A program made the translations under genes and the position numbers. Shown here in pieces: positions 19,464 through 28,167 of a DNA stretch of 36,406 nt (positions are counted from its first letter, which is position 1; each line of letters begins with the position of its first letter). The notes beneath the pieces were generated by a model. That model did not search any database. It had not been told where the DNA came from and saw nothing but the letters and a program-made list of their open reading frames with translations. Source of the stretch: an uncultured Oscillospiraceae bacterium. GTDB taxonomy: Bacteria; Bacillota; Clostridia; Oscillospirales; Oscillospiraceae. The stretch lies in contig CAJOFW010000001.1 in assembly GCA_905234005.1 (NCBI GenBank), positions 1 through 36,406 of the forward strand. Reading direction: 5' to 3'.

Positions 19464-21002
19464 TCAATCCTTGAAGAAGCTGTCGAAGAAGTCGTCGTCA
19501 ACCGTGGTGCTGCGGCGGCGGGGGGACGTGCTTTCGCGGGGGGCGCCGGCCTCGCGGGAGGCGGTGTGGCTCGAGGCGGTGGGCAGGAATTCCTTCTCCT
19601 CCTCCTCCTCGCCGGGGATGCTGAGCCACTGGGCGTTCTCACGCGTCATGCGCTGGGCGCGTTTGCGCTTCGCCGCCCGGACGCTGTGCATATGGCGCAC
19701 GCGGCGGATGTGGTAGTACACGACGAGCAGCAGATACAGCGCGAGCAGGATGATCAGGATCGTCACGATGCGGCGCACCGCCGTCGTCTGCAGAAGGCTC
19801 CGCGCCTGCGTGCGCAGATACTCGCCGCGGGACATCTCGATGCTGGACGCCGCCACGAGCTGCGACGTGCCGAGCGTACGGATCGTATCGCGGTTTTCGT
19901 CCAGCTCGACGACCGTCACCTCGCCGAGCACCTCGCCGGCGTTCACGGGGGCGGTCAGCGTCTCGCCGGCGGCCTCGTGGTAGAGGACGTATTTGTAGCC
20001 GATGCGGGTGATGTCGTAGTCGGACGGGAGGATGACCGATATCACGTCCTCCGCCCGGACGCCGACCGTCTCCGCCGTGCCCATGTCGACCGGGATCGTG
20101 AGGATCGTCTCCGTGGAGCTGAGCACCTGCCGGTACTCGTAGTTGTCGAACACGAACTGGTACAGCAGCAGCGTATCGGCGAAGTTGTCGCCCCGCTCGG
20201 CGCTGCCCATCACGACGCAGATGATGTCGATGTCGTCCTTCGACGCGGCGGAGGCGAGGCAGTAGCCGGCGTTCGTGAAGAAGCCGGTCTTGATGCCGTA
20301 GGCGTACTCGCTGTAATACTCGCTGTCCGGGTCGATCAGGCTGTTTGTGTTGACGAGCCGGCGCTCCTCGGCCATGTTCGTCGCGGGGACGGTGTGCTCG
20401 TGCGTGCCGCAGATGCGCTGGAAGATCGAGTGCGCCATTGCCTCCCGGGCGAACAGGGCGAAGTCGGCGGCGGTGGAGTAGTGGTTCTCGTTCTCGAGGC
20501 CGTTCGCGTTCGCGAAGTGGGTGTTGACGCAGCCGAGGGACTCGGCCCGGGCGTTCATGTCCTCGACGAAATCGGCGATCGTGCCGGATACGTACTCGGC
20601 GAGGATGTTGCACGCCTCGTTCGCGGACACGAGCATCGCGCAGTAGAGAAGATCCTCCACCGTCATGGTCTCGCCGGGCTGGATCTGCGGCTCGGCGTTG
20701 GTGGAGTCCTCATCGAGGTTGTAGTCGCAGTCGTTGTAGGCGGTGACGGTGTCGGTCAGGGCGATCTCGCCGCGTTCGACGGCCTCCACGACGAGAAGCG
20801 CCGTGACGAGCTTTGTCGTGCTCGCCGGCTGGATCTTGCGGCCTGCGCCCTTCTCGTAGTAGACCTCGCCGGAATTCATATCCACGACGATGGCCGACGG
20901 CGCGGTGATGTCCGGCTCCGTCAGCGCGAGCGCGGACACCGGCAGCAGCGTCACAGACAGCATGACTGCCAGAACAAGGGAGAGTATCTTGAATTTTTTC
21001 AT
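19464..21002 (-). CDS. dacA: D-alanyl-D-alanine carboxypeptidase (peptidase S11) with C-terminal TM anchor and cytoplasmic tail
   Basis: Signal peptide; PASTTK (SxxK), SAN (SxN), KTG; alternative start 21008. Confidence 0.9.
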   Translation of the reverse strand: MKKFKILSLVLAVMLSVTLLPVSALALTEPDITAPSAIVVDMNSGEVYYEKGAGRKIQPASTTKLVTALLVVEAVERGEIALTDTVTAYNDCDYNLDEDSTNAEPQIQPGETMTVEDLLYCAMLVSANEACNILAEYVSGTIADFVEDMNARAESLGCVNTHFANANGLENENHYSTAADFALFAREAMAHSIFQRICGTHEHTVPATNMAEERRLVNTNSLIDPDSEYYSEYAYGIKTGFFTNAGYCLASAASKDDIDIICVVMGSAERGDNFADTLLLYQFVFDNYEYRQVLSSTETILTIPVDMGTAETVGVRAEDVISVILPSDYDITRIGYKYVLYHEAAGETLTAPVNAGEVLGEVTVVELDENRDTIRTLGTSQLVAASSIEMSRGEYLRTQARSLLQTTAVRRIVTILIILLALYLLLVVYYHIRRVRHMHSVRAAKRKRAQRMTRENAQWLSIPGEEEEEKEFLPTASSHTASREAGAPRESTSPRRRSTTVDDDFFDSFFKD

Positions 21003-21221
21003 GTTCATCTCCGGAAAAGTATGGTATGATGGAACTGTTGGAACCTATTATATGAGAAACCGGCCGGAAAATCAACTCATATTTTATGTAAATTCGTCGG
21101 AGCTGTTCAGACACCCCCGCCCGCGGCCGACCAAACCCGGCATGGCCGGGTGCGATAAGCGCGAGCAACCCTGTTCGGAACCGGCGGTTCCGAACAGATA
21201 CAATTCGTCGGAGGACACGCC

Positions 21222-21596
21222 ATGCGTCAGGAAAAATCCGGCCGCCGCGCCGCTGTGCCGGTCATCGCGCTGGCGGCGGCGGTGGCCGTCACGCTCGCGC
21301 TGACCGCGGCGCTGTATCCCCGCGCGGACAGGACGCCCGTGGCGTTCCGGCCGTCGTCGTTCACCCGCGCCGCGCCGCTCGACATAAACGACGCGACGGC
21401 GGACGAGCTTGAAGCCCTGCCCGGCATAGGCCCCGCGCTCGCGGCGGCGGTCATCGAGTACCGGGAGGCAAACGGCCCGTTCACGGGCGACGATGACATC
21501 CTCGCCGTGTCCGGCATCGGCGAGAAGACACTCGCGGCCATCGCGCCGTACATCACCTGCGGAGAGGCCGGGACGGACGCCGAAGCCATCGGCTGA
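21222..21596 (+). CDS. comEA: ComEA-like helix-hairpin-helix DNA-binding membrane protein
   Basis: N-terminal TM; INDATADELEALPGIGP...VSGIGEKT. Confidence 0.88.
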   Translation: MRQEKSGRRAAVPVIALAAAVAVTLALTAALYPRADRTPVAFRPSSFTRAAPLDINDATADELEALPGIGPALAAAVIEYREANGPFTGDDDILAVSGIGEKTLAAIAPYITCGEAGTDAEAIG

Positions 21597-21640
21597 CCGG
21601 CGCGGGGAACAACCGATTCAAGGATACGGAGACAACTGTC

Positions 21641-22333
21641 ATGAAAATACTGGTAGTGGACGACGAGGAGCTGCTCGTCAAGGGAATCAAATTCAACCTC
21701 GAGAACGAGGGCTACGAGGTGGACGTGTGCTACGACGGGCAGACCGCCGTGGACATGGCCGCGGCGAACGCGTACAGCCTCATCATCCTCGATCTCATGA
21801 TGCCGAAGCTCGACGGGCTTTCGGCGTGTATGCAGATACGCGGGTTCTCGACCGTGCCGATCATCATGCTCACGGCGAAGAGCGAGGACACCGACAAGCT
21901 CATCGGCTTTGAGTACGGCGCGGACGACTACATCACAAAGCCCTTCAACATCCTCGAGCTGAAGGCCCGGGTGCGGGCGCTGCTGCGCCGCTCGAGCATC
22001 CAGGCCGCCGGCGGGCAGGAGGCGGCGGGCTCGGGCCGCATCACACGCGGGTTCGTCACGCTCGACACGGAGCGCCGCACCGCCGAGGTGGACGGCCGCG
22101 TCGTCGACCTCACGGTCAAGGAATTCGACCTCGCGGAGCTTCTCATGAAGAACGCGGGCAAGGTGTATTCCCGCGAGACGCTGCTCGACACGGTCTGGGG
22201 CTACGACTACCAGGGCGACATCCGCACGGTGGACGTGCACATCCGCCGCCTGCGCGAAAAGCTCGAGCGCACGCCCGCGACGCCCGAATGCATCATCACC
22301 AAATGGGGCGTGGGGTACTACTTCCGGGACTGA
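21641..22333 (+). CDS. OmpR/WalR-family response regulator
   Basis: ILVVDDE, LDLMMP, LTAK, GADDYITKPF, RTVDVHIRRLREK, WGVGY. Confidence 0.96.
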   Translation: MKILVVDDEELLVKGIKFNLENEGYEVDVCYDGQTAVDMAAANAYSLIILDLMMPKLDGLSACMQIRGFSTVPIIMLTAKSEDTDKLIGFEYGADDYITKPFNILELKARVRALLRRSSIQAAGGQEAAGSGRITRGFVTLDTERRTAEVDGRVVDLTVKEFDLAELLMKNAGKVYSRETLLDTVWGYDYQGDIRTVDVHIRRLREKLERTPATPECIITKWGVGYYFRD

Positions 22334-22450
22334 ACCTTTTCCTGAAAGAAAAAGGTTCCAAAAAGAACTTTGTATTCGCTTCAAAACGGCGGCGTTTCCC
22401 GGGTTCTGCGCACGGTAACGAGACGAAGCCTGTAATCGGGACGCGGTATC
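22331..22450 (+). repeat. ~120-bp dispersed repeat, copy 4 (most diverged)
   Basis: Begins at the TGA of the response regulator; core caaaaagaactttgtattcgc conserved. Confidence 0.9.
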
Positions 22451-22461
22451 AATGATATTAA

Positions 22462-24054
22462 ATGGATCGGTATGAACGAAAACGGAAGAGGGACGAGGCG
22501 CTGGCCGCGAGGGAGGCGCTGCGGGAGGAGAAGCTGCGCGACCGGCGCGGCAATCGCCGCCGCCGCAGAGCCGCGAAAAAGGCCGCGAAGATCAAGCGCC
22601 GGCGTGAAAAACGCGAGGCGCGGCGGGAGCGCCGCCGCCGGCGGGGCACGTCCGTCCGCTTCAAGATCGCGGCGGCGTTCTCTGGCTTCACGGCGCTTTT
22701 GCTTCTTCTCATCAACGTCTACCCCGTGCTCGTGACGCGGGATCTCGTGTTCGAGACGAAAAAGAGCGCCCTGCAGTCGCAGGGGCTTGTGATATCAAGC
22801 TCCCTCTCGGCGCTGGACGGTCTCACGCCCGAGGCCGTCGCCCAGGTCATGGAGCTGCTCGACGTGACGCCGGTGACGCGCATCCTCGTCACCGACGCGG
22901 GCGGGCGCGTGCTCTACGACACGTCGGAGCAGGAGGACACGCTGGGCCGCTACGCCATGCTGTCGGAGATCGCCGTCGCCCTCGAGGGCAAATCCGTGTT
23001 CTCCTGCCGCTACACCGGCAACGCGTTCGCGAGCCGCGCCGCCGTGCCGGTCGTATCCGGCGGCGTCGCGCTCGGGGCGGTGTACCTCTACGAAAACGAC
23101 GCCGGGCAGGGCGAGATCATCCGCCTTCTCCAGCGCGATATGCGCACGATATCCGCGGTCGCGGCGGGCGTGGGCTTCGTCGTCATCTTCGTGATCTCCT
23201 CGACGCTCACAAGCCGCATCAAGCGCCTGACCGCCGCCGTCGGCGTCGTCAGCTCCGGCGACTACGCCTACCGCATCCCGGTGCGGGGCGGCGACGAGAT
23301 CGCGAAGCTCTCGAGCGAGTTCAACGTCCTGACCGGCCGCCTCGAGAGCACGGAGGAGGCGCGCCGCCGGTTCGTGTCCGACGCGTCGCATGAGCTGCGC
23401 ACCCCCCTCGCGGCGATACGGCTTCTGTCCGACAGCATCACCCAGTCGGACGACATGGACGTGGAGACCATGCGGGAGTTCGCCTCCGACATCGGCAGCG
23501 AGGCCGACCGCCTCCAGCGCATCACGGAGAAGCTCATGAACCTCACAAAGCTCGACTCCGGCGTGAGCCAGACGACAAAGGAGCGCGTGGATATGAAGCT
23601 CGTGGCCGAACGGGCGCTGCACCTTCTCAGCCCGCTGGCCACGGCGCAGCGTGTGACCATCCGCACCGATCTCGGCGAGGGCTGTATCATCCGGGCCTCC
23701 GCCGACGACCTCTACCAGATCATCTTCAACCTCGTCGAAAACGGCATCAAGTACAACGTCGCCGGCGGCTTCGTGCTCCTGCGGCTCCGCCGGGAGAAGA
23801 CACGCGCCGTCATGACCGTGTCCGACACCGGCATCGGCATCCCCGAGGCCGACCTCGACCACATCTTCGACCGCTTCTATCGCGTGGACAAGGCCCGCTC
23901 CCGCGCCTCCGGCGGCAGCGGACTCGGCCTCGCCATCGTCCACGAGGCCGTCCGCGCAAACGGCGGCACGATCGCCGTGTCCCGCACCAGCCGGGGCGGC
24001 ACGGCGTTCACGGTCACATTCCCCATCAGCCGCAGGAGGGACAGAGGCACATGA
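22462..24054 (+). CDS. Sensor histidine kinase (2 TM, HAMP, HisKA, HATPase_c)
   Basis: DASHELRTPL, NLVENGIKY, DTGIGI, FDRFYRVD, GSGLGL; start position uncertain. Confidence 0.93.
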   Translation: MDRYERKRKRDEALAAREALREEKLRDRRGNRRRRRAAKKAAKIKRRREKREARRERRRRRGTSVRFKIAAAFSGFTALLLLLINVYPVLVTRDLVFETKKSALQSQGLVISSSLSALDGLTPEAVAQVMELLDVTPVTRILVTDAGGRVLYDTSEQEDTLGRYAMLSEIAVALEGKSVFSCRYTGNAFASRAAVPVVSGGVALGAVYLYENDAGQGEIIRLLQRDMRTISAVAAGVGFVVIFVISSTLTSRIKRLTAAVGVVSSGDYAYRIPVRGGDEIAKLSSEFNVLTGRLESTEEARRRFVSDASHELRTPLAAIRLLSDSITQSDDMDVETMREFASDIGSEADRLQRITEKLMNLTKLDSGVSQTTKERVDMKLVAERALHLLSPLATAQRVTIRTDLGEGCIIRASADDLYQIIFNLVENGIKYNVAGGFVLLRLRREKTRAVMTVSDTGIGIPEADLDHIFDRFYRVDKARSRASGGSGLGLAIVHEAVRANGGTIAVSRTSRGGTAFTVTFPISRRRDRGT

Positions 24055-25439
24055 AAAAAACCGCCGCCATCGCATGGCTTCTGGCCCTGCTTGTCACGCT
24101 GAGCGCCTGCGGCGTCCCGGCCCTGCCCGACCTTGCCGACGTGCGGGCATTTGTCGCCCGGGTCACGTTTACGCGGTCGTTTCCGTTCGTCGTCCTCGCC
24201 GAGGCGGACGAGCCGGAGGCGACGGTGTCCGTGTACCGCCTCGCCGCGTCGGGGAGCGGCAGCCTGATCGCGTGTGAGACGTTCCCCGCCTCCGACCCGC
24301 GGACGCAGGATTTAAGCGGCCTCATCGCCCTGCTCGCCGCCCCCGCCGGGACGGAGGAGCTCTCGTGCGCCCTGCCCGACGGCGTGACCGTCGAGGACTG
24401 GCGGCTCGAGGGCGGCGTCGTGAGCCTCACGCTCTCGCCGGCATTTCTCGAGCTTGGCGATATGCGCCGGTCGGCGGCGGCGTTCTGCGCCGTGCTGACG
24501 CTCTGCCAGCTCGACGGCGTGGAGGCCGTCGCGGTCGTGTCCGGCGGGCAGACCGTGTTTCCCTACCTCACGCCCGACGACGCCGTTCTCACCGACGAGG
24601 AGGGCGACCCGTACACCCGCCGCCTGCGCCTGTACTTCCCCGACAGCGAGGGGCGGTATCTCATCAGCGAATACCACACGCTGTCCATCGACGACGACGC
24701 CGACCTCGCCCGCTGCGTCGTGGAGGAGCTGCTGCGCGGCCCGAACAACGCCGAGCTGCGCCCCGCCGTCCCGGCCGGTACGGCGCTGCGCTCCTGCGTC
24801 ACGGCCGACGGGCTGTGCACGGTCGATCTCTCGGCGGCGTTTTACGACAACCGCCCGGATACGGCGCTCGGCGAACGGCTCACCCTCTGCGCCCTCGCAA
24901 ACTCGCTGACGGCGCTGTCCGGCGTGAAGGCCGTGCGCGTGCTCGTGGAGGGCGAGCCGGTCGACGTCTACGTCTACCGCCCGCTGACGGAGCCGCTTGC
25001 CATGTACGACGCCGCCGTCGGCCCCGTCTCGGCCCCGCTCGGGGAGATCGACGCCGATCTGTATCTCGCGCTGCCCGGCCTCGCCGGGGTCACGCCGCTG
25101 CCGTTTCGCGTCAGCGAGGCCGTCGGCGACTCCCTCGCGGAGGCCGTGCTCGACCGCCTCCTCAGCGCCGAGGAGCCGGGATACCCGGCGCTGTTTTCCG
25201 GCAGCGGCACCGTCGCCGGCGTCACCGTCCGGGGCGGCGTGTGCGCCGTGGAGCTGTCGGAGAGCTTTTTCGTGTCCCTGCCCGCCGACGCCGCCCCGCT
25301 CGCCGTGCAGTCGATCGCCGAGACGCTCCGCGCCCTGCCCGGCATCGCCGCCGTCACCTTCTCCGTGAACGGCGCGCCCGCCGTCTACGACGGCATGGAT
25401 TTCTCCGTCTACAATTCTATTAATATCGAGGTGCCATGA
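24051..25439 (+). CDS. GerMN-domain lipoprotein
   Basis: Lipobox LSAC; repeated GerMN-like units (V.LS..F...LTL/NSL.....V.AV.V.V.G); ATGA overlap with the kinase. Confidence 0.8.
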   Translation: MKKTAAIAWLLALLVTLSACGVPALPDLADVRAFVARVTFTRSFPFVVLAEADEPEATVSVYRLAASGSGSLIACETFPASDPRTQDLSGLIALLAAPAGTEELSCALPDGVTVEDWRLEGGVVSLTLSPAFLELGDMRRSAAAFCAVLTLCQLDGVEAVAVVSGGQTVFPYLTPDDAVLTDEEGDPYTRRLRLYFPDSEGRYLISEYHTLSIDDDADLARCVVEELLRGPNNAELRPAVPAGTALRSCVTADGLCTVDLSAAFYDNRPDTALGERLTLCALANSLTALSGVKAVRVLVEGEPVDVYVYRPLTEPLAMYDAAVGPVSAPLGEIDADLYLALPGLAGVTPLPFRVSEAVGDSLAEAVLDRLLSAEEPGYPALFSGSGTVAGVTVRGGVCAVELSESFFVSLPADAAPLAVQSIAETLRALPGIAAVTFSVNGAPAVYDGMDFSVYNSINIEVP

Positions 25440-25440
25440 T

Positions 25441-26511
25441 ATGTCCCGTATTGCCAGCATCCAGAACGCCCTCCGACAGACCGCCGACGGGGGCGTCGAC
25501 GCCCTGCTTCTGACCGACCCCATTTCCATCCGCTACGCCGCCGGGTTCCACATCGACGACGGCGCGGCCGTCATCGCGTCGGACGGCGCGTGGCTCGTCA
25601 CCGACAGCCGCTACATCGAGGCGGCGCAGGCCGCCGTGTCCGATATGACCGTGCTGTGCGTCTCCCGGGAAAAGCCGCTCGATACGATCCTCGCGGAGCT
25701 TCTTTCCGGGTACGGCGCCGTCGGCGCGGAGCAGAACCGCATGAGCCGCGCCGACTGGCTCAAATACGAGTCGAAGCTTGCCCGTTCCCTGCGCCCGGCG
25801 GATGATATCCTCGCCACGCTCCGGGCCTCGAAGGACGCGGCGGAGATCGCCCTGTGCACCGCCGCGCAGAGGATCGCCGAACGCGCCCTCGACGACGTGC
25901 TCGGCCTTCTGCGCCCCGGCATGACCGAGAAGGAGGCGGCGGCGGAGCTTGTCTACCGGATGTACAAATACGGCGGCGAGAAGAACTCCTTCGACCCCAT
26001 CGTCGTGACCGGCCCGAAGACGAGCATGCCCCACGGCGTGCCCGGCGACGAGGTCATAAGGGACGGCGATTTCATCACGATGGATTTCGGCACAATGGTC
26101 GGCGGCTACTGCTCCGATATGACCCGCACCGTCGCGATCGGCCATGTCACGGACGAGATGCGCCGCGTATACGACACCGTCCTCGAGGCCCAGCTCGCCG
26201 GCATCGCCGCCGCCCGCCCGGGCGTGACCGGCCGCGCCATCGACGCCGCCGCCCGGGACGTCATCGAGAGGGCCGGCTGGGGCGCGTACTTCGGCCACAG
26301 CTTCGGCCACTCCCTCGGCCTCGAGATCCACGAGGCCCCGAACGCCGCGTACTCGAACGACAGGCCCATGCCCGAGGGCGCGTTCATCTCCGCCGAGCCG
26401 GGCATCTACCTGCCCGGACGCTTCGGCGTGCGCATCGAGGACACGATGTGGCTGCGCGGCGGCGGCGCGGAGGTCATCACCAGGGCCCCGAAGGAGCTTA
26501 TTGTTCTGTAA
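25441..26511 (+). CDS. pepP: Xaa-Pro aminopeptidase (M24B)
   Basis: DSRY, PHG, DFG, YCSDMTRT, GHSLGLEIHEAP, EPGIY, GVRIED. Confidence 0.93.
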   Translation: MSRIASIQNALRQTADGGVDALLLTDPISIRYAAGFHIDDGAAVIASDGAWLVTDSRYIEAAQAAVSDMTVLCVSREKPLDTILAELLSGYGAVGAEQNRMSRADWLKYESKLARSLRPADDILATLRASKDAAEIALCTAAQRIAERALDDVLGLLRPGMTEKEAAAELVYRMYKYGGEKNSFDPIVVTGPKTSMPHGVPGDEVIRDGDFITMDFGTMVGGYCSDMTRTVAIGHVTDEMRRVYDTVLEAQLAGIAAARPGVTGRAIDAAARDVIERAGWGAYFGHSFGHSLGLEIHEAPNAAYSNDRPMPEGAFISAEPGIYLPGRFGVRIEDTMWLRGGGAEVITRAPKELIVL

Positions 26512-26516
26512 AGGGC

Positions 26517-26545
26517 TTGCAATGACGCGAAAAATATAGTATGAT
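26517..26545 (+). promoter_or_regulatory. SigA promoter for efp
   Basis: TTGCAA-17-TATGAT. Confidence 0.65.
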
Positions 26546-26599
26546 AGTGCATACGCAATCATAAGATGTATATCTTTTCATATTGGAGGACAGATAATT

Positions 26600-27166
26600 A
26601 TGCCCATTACAGCAGGTGATTTCAGAAACGGCGTGACCTTCGAGATGGACGGCCAGCCCATGCAGGTCATCGAGTTCCAGCACGTCAAGCCCGGCAAGGG
26701 CGCGGCCTTCGTGCGCACCAAGTACAAGAACATCATCACCGGCGCGATCCGTGAGGAATCCTTCAACCCCTCCGCGAAGTTCGAGAACGCGTTTGTCGAG
26801 CGCCGCGATATGGAGTTCTCCTATGCCGACGGCAACCTCTACTACTTCATGAACCCCGAGACCTACGAGCTGGAGCCGGTCGACAAGTCGAACCTCACCG
26901 AGGGCTTCCGCTTCGTCAAGGAAAACGAGACCTGCACGCTGAGCTTCTACAACGGCTCGTGCTTCTCCGTCGAGGCCCCGAACTTCGTCGTCCTTGAGAT
27001 CACGGAGACCGACCCCGGCTTCGCCGGCAACACCGCGACGAACGCCACCAAGCCCGCGACGGTCGAGACCGGCGCGGAGGTCAAGGTGCCCCTGTTCATC
27101 GAGCCGGGCGAACGCATCCAGATCGACACCCGCACCGGCGAGTACCTCGGCCGCGCAAAGGGCTGA
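26600..27166 (+). CDS. efp: Elongation factor P
   Basis: HVKPGKGAAFVR, KPATVETG, VPLFI, IDTRTGEY. Confidence 0.98.
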   Translation: MPITAGDFRNGVTFEMDGQPMQVIEFQHVKPGKGAAFVRTKYKNIITGAIREESFNPSAKFENAFVERRDMEFSYADGNLYYFMNPETYELEPVDKSNLTEGFRFVKENETCTLSFYNGSCFSVEAPNFVVLEITETDPGFAGNTATNATKPATVETGAEVKVPLFIEPGERIQIDTRTGEYLGRAKG

Positions 27167-27170
27167 TACC

Positions 27171-27626
27171 ATGACCACCTCCGAAAAGGTCGCCTACCTC
27201 AAGGGCCTTGCCGAGGGCGCGGGACTCGATCCGGCGTCGAAGGACGGCAAGCTGTTTCATACGGTCATCGACATCCTCGAGGATCTCGCGTACGACGTCG
27301 AGGACGTGAACGACGCCGTCGCAGAGCTGGCGGAGGGTCTGGACGACGCCTGCGACGAGCTTGCGGACGTCGAGGAGATCCTGTTCGGCGACGTCGACGA
27401 GCTTGACGACGACGATGACGACGACGTCTGGGGACTCGAGGACGGCGACGAGCTGATCGACGCGGACGACCTCACCCTCTACGAGGCCGCCTGCCCCGCC
27501 TGCGGCGAGGTCATCACGTTCGACGAGGGCGTGCTGGCCGAGGGCGGCATCCCCTGCCCCAACTGCGGCGAAATGCTCGAATTCGACCTCGGCGAAGAGC
27601 CGGACGGGACGGCGGACGAGGGCTGA
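27171..27626 (+). CDS. Acidic conserved clostridial protein (CD1247-N-like) with C-terminal zinc ribbon
   Basis: EKVAYLKGLAEG start, Asp-rich tract, CPAC...CPNC; commonly seen after efp in Clostridia (recalled). Confidence 0.8.
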   Translation: MTTSEKVAYLKGLAEGAGLDPASKDGKLFHTVIDILEDLAYDVEDVNDAVAELAEGLDDACDELADVEEILFGDVDELDDDDDDDVWGLEDGDELIDADDLTLYEAACPACGEVITFDEGVLAEGGIPCPNCGEMLEFDLGEEPDGTADEG

Positions 27627-27737
27627 TATACCGCGAAGGCATTCCGGGACACCCGATCAATCAACATCCACGCGATCGGGGGACAGGCATCCCCCGGTTG
27701 CGCCGCCCTGTTACGCCGTCGTCCCATGCGGGCGGGA

Positions 27738-27802
27738 TTCACCGATTGTTCACAAACTTCTCGCATTTTATTCATGACTTTTCGCCCCGGCTGTTGTATG
27801 AT
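27738..27802 (+). promoter_or_regulatory. Promoter with four 11-bp-phased TTCACA-like boxes (OmpR/PhoP-type)
   Basis: TTCACC-N5-TTCACA-N5-CTCGCA-N5-TTCATG (27738-27776); weak -35 ATGACT, 17 bp, TATGAT (27797-27802). Confidence 0.6.
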
Positions 27803-27807
27803 ACAGT

Positions 27808-27922
27808 CACAAGGGATGAGGGACACATCCCGAGGGTTTTAACAGTTGCTATTTCTCATTTTTTCACTCCTCTCTTCTTTTTTGTGCGAAGCCGGACGAC
27901 CGTGAGGCCGTCCGGCTTTGTG
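27808..27922 (+). ncRNA. Putative trans-acting sRNA with anti-SD/anti-AUG tract
   Basis: Own promoter; 5' hairpin gggatg/catccc; CU-rich centre atttctcattttttcactcctctc; 3' hairpin aagccggacg/cgtccggctt followed by tgtg; no meaningful ORF. Confidence 0.65.
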
Positions 27923-27940
27923 CCGCTTTGCAAGTCCGGC

Positions 27941-27969
27941 TTGACATCCCGCGCAAAACGGGGTATGAT
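27941..27969 (+). promoter_or_regulatory. SigA promoter of the pheA leader
   Basis: TTGACA-17-TATGAT. Confidence 0.8.
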
Positions 27970-28014
27970 GGCAGGCGAACCGGAACAAAACCGAACGATC
28001 GGAGAAATCACGCC

Positions 28015-28071
28015 ATGACACGCCGCTTTACCGCCGAATTTATCCTCTTTACCTTTGGAAACCGGAGGTAG
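28015..28071 (+). CDS. Phe-rich leader peptide MTRRFTAEFILFTFGNRR
   Basis: GGAG RBS, 18 codons including 4 TTT Phe, located between the promoter and the terminator upstream of pheA. Confidence 0.72.
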   Translation: MTRRFTAEFILFTFGNRR

Positions 28072-28104
28072 AGCGATTTCGGCTGCGGCAACCACGAATC
28101 TCAT

Positions 28105-28143
28105 CGGCTGCGCGGTGGAAATCACCGCGCAGCCGTTTTCTTG
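28105..28143 (+). terminator. Attenuator terminator upstream of pheA
   Basis: 13-bp perfect stem cggctgcgcggtg / caccgcgcagccg followed by ttttcttg. Confidence 0.8.
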
Positions 28144-28167
28144 TGTACAGAAAGGATACTTGACCAC

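Noticed and set aside
21171..21197. LexA/SOS box upstream of comEA
   Set aside because: GAAC-N5-GTTC spacing does not fit the Firmicute GAAC-N4-GTTC consensus
27627..27737. Short stems after the CD1247-like gene as a riboswitch
   Set aside because: Only short GC stems expected by chance; no recognisable aptamer consensus
27839..27859. Minus-strand mini-ORF MRNSNC with a strong SD
   Set aside because: Only six codons and no evident minus-strand promoter; promoter and terminator polarity favour a plus-strand sRNA (not fully excluded)
27970..28143. T-box riboswitch upstream of pheA
   Set aside because: No UGGNACC T-box bulge or Stem I motifs seen; the leader peptide explains the region better
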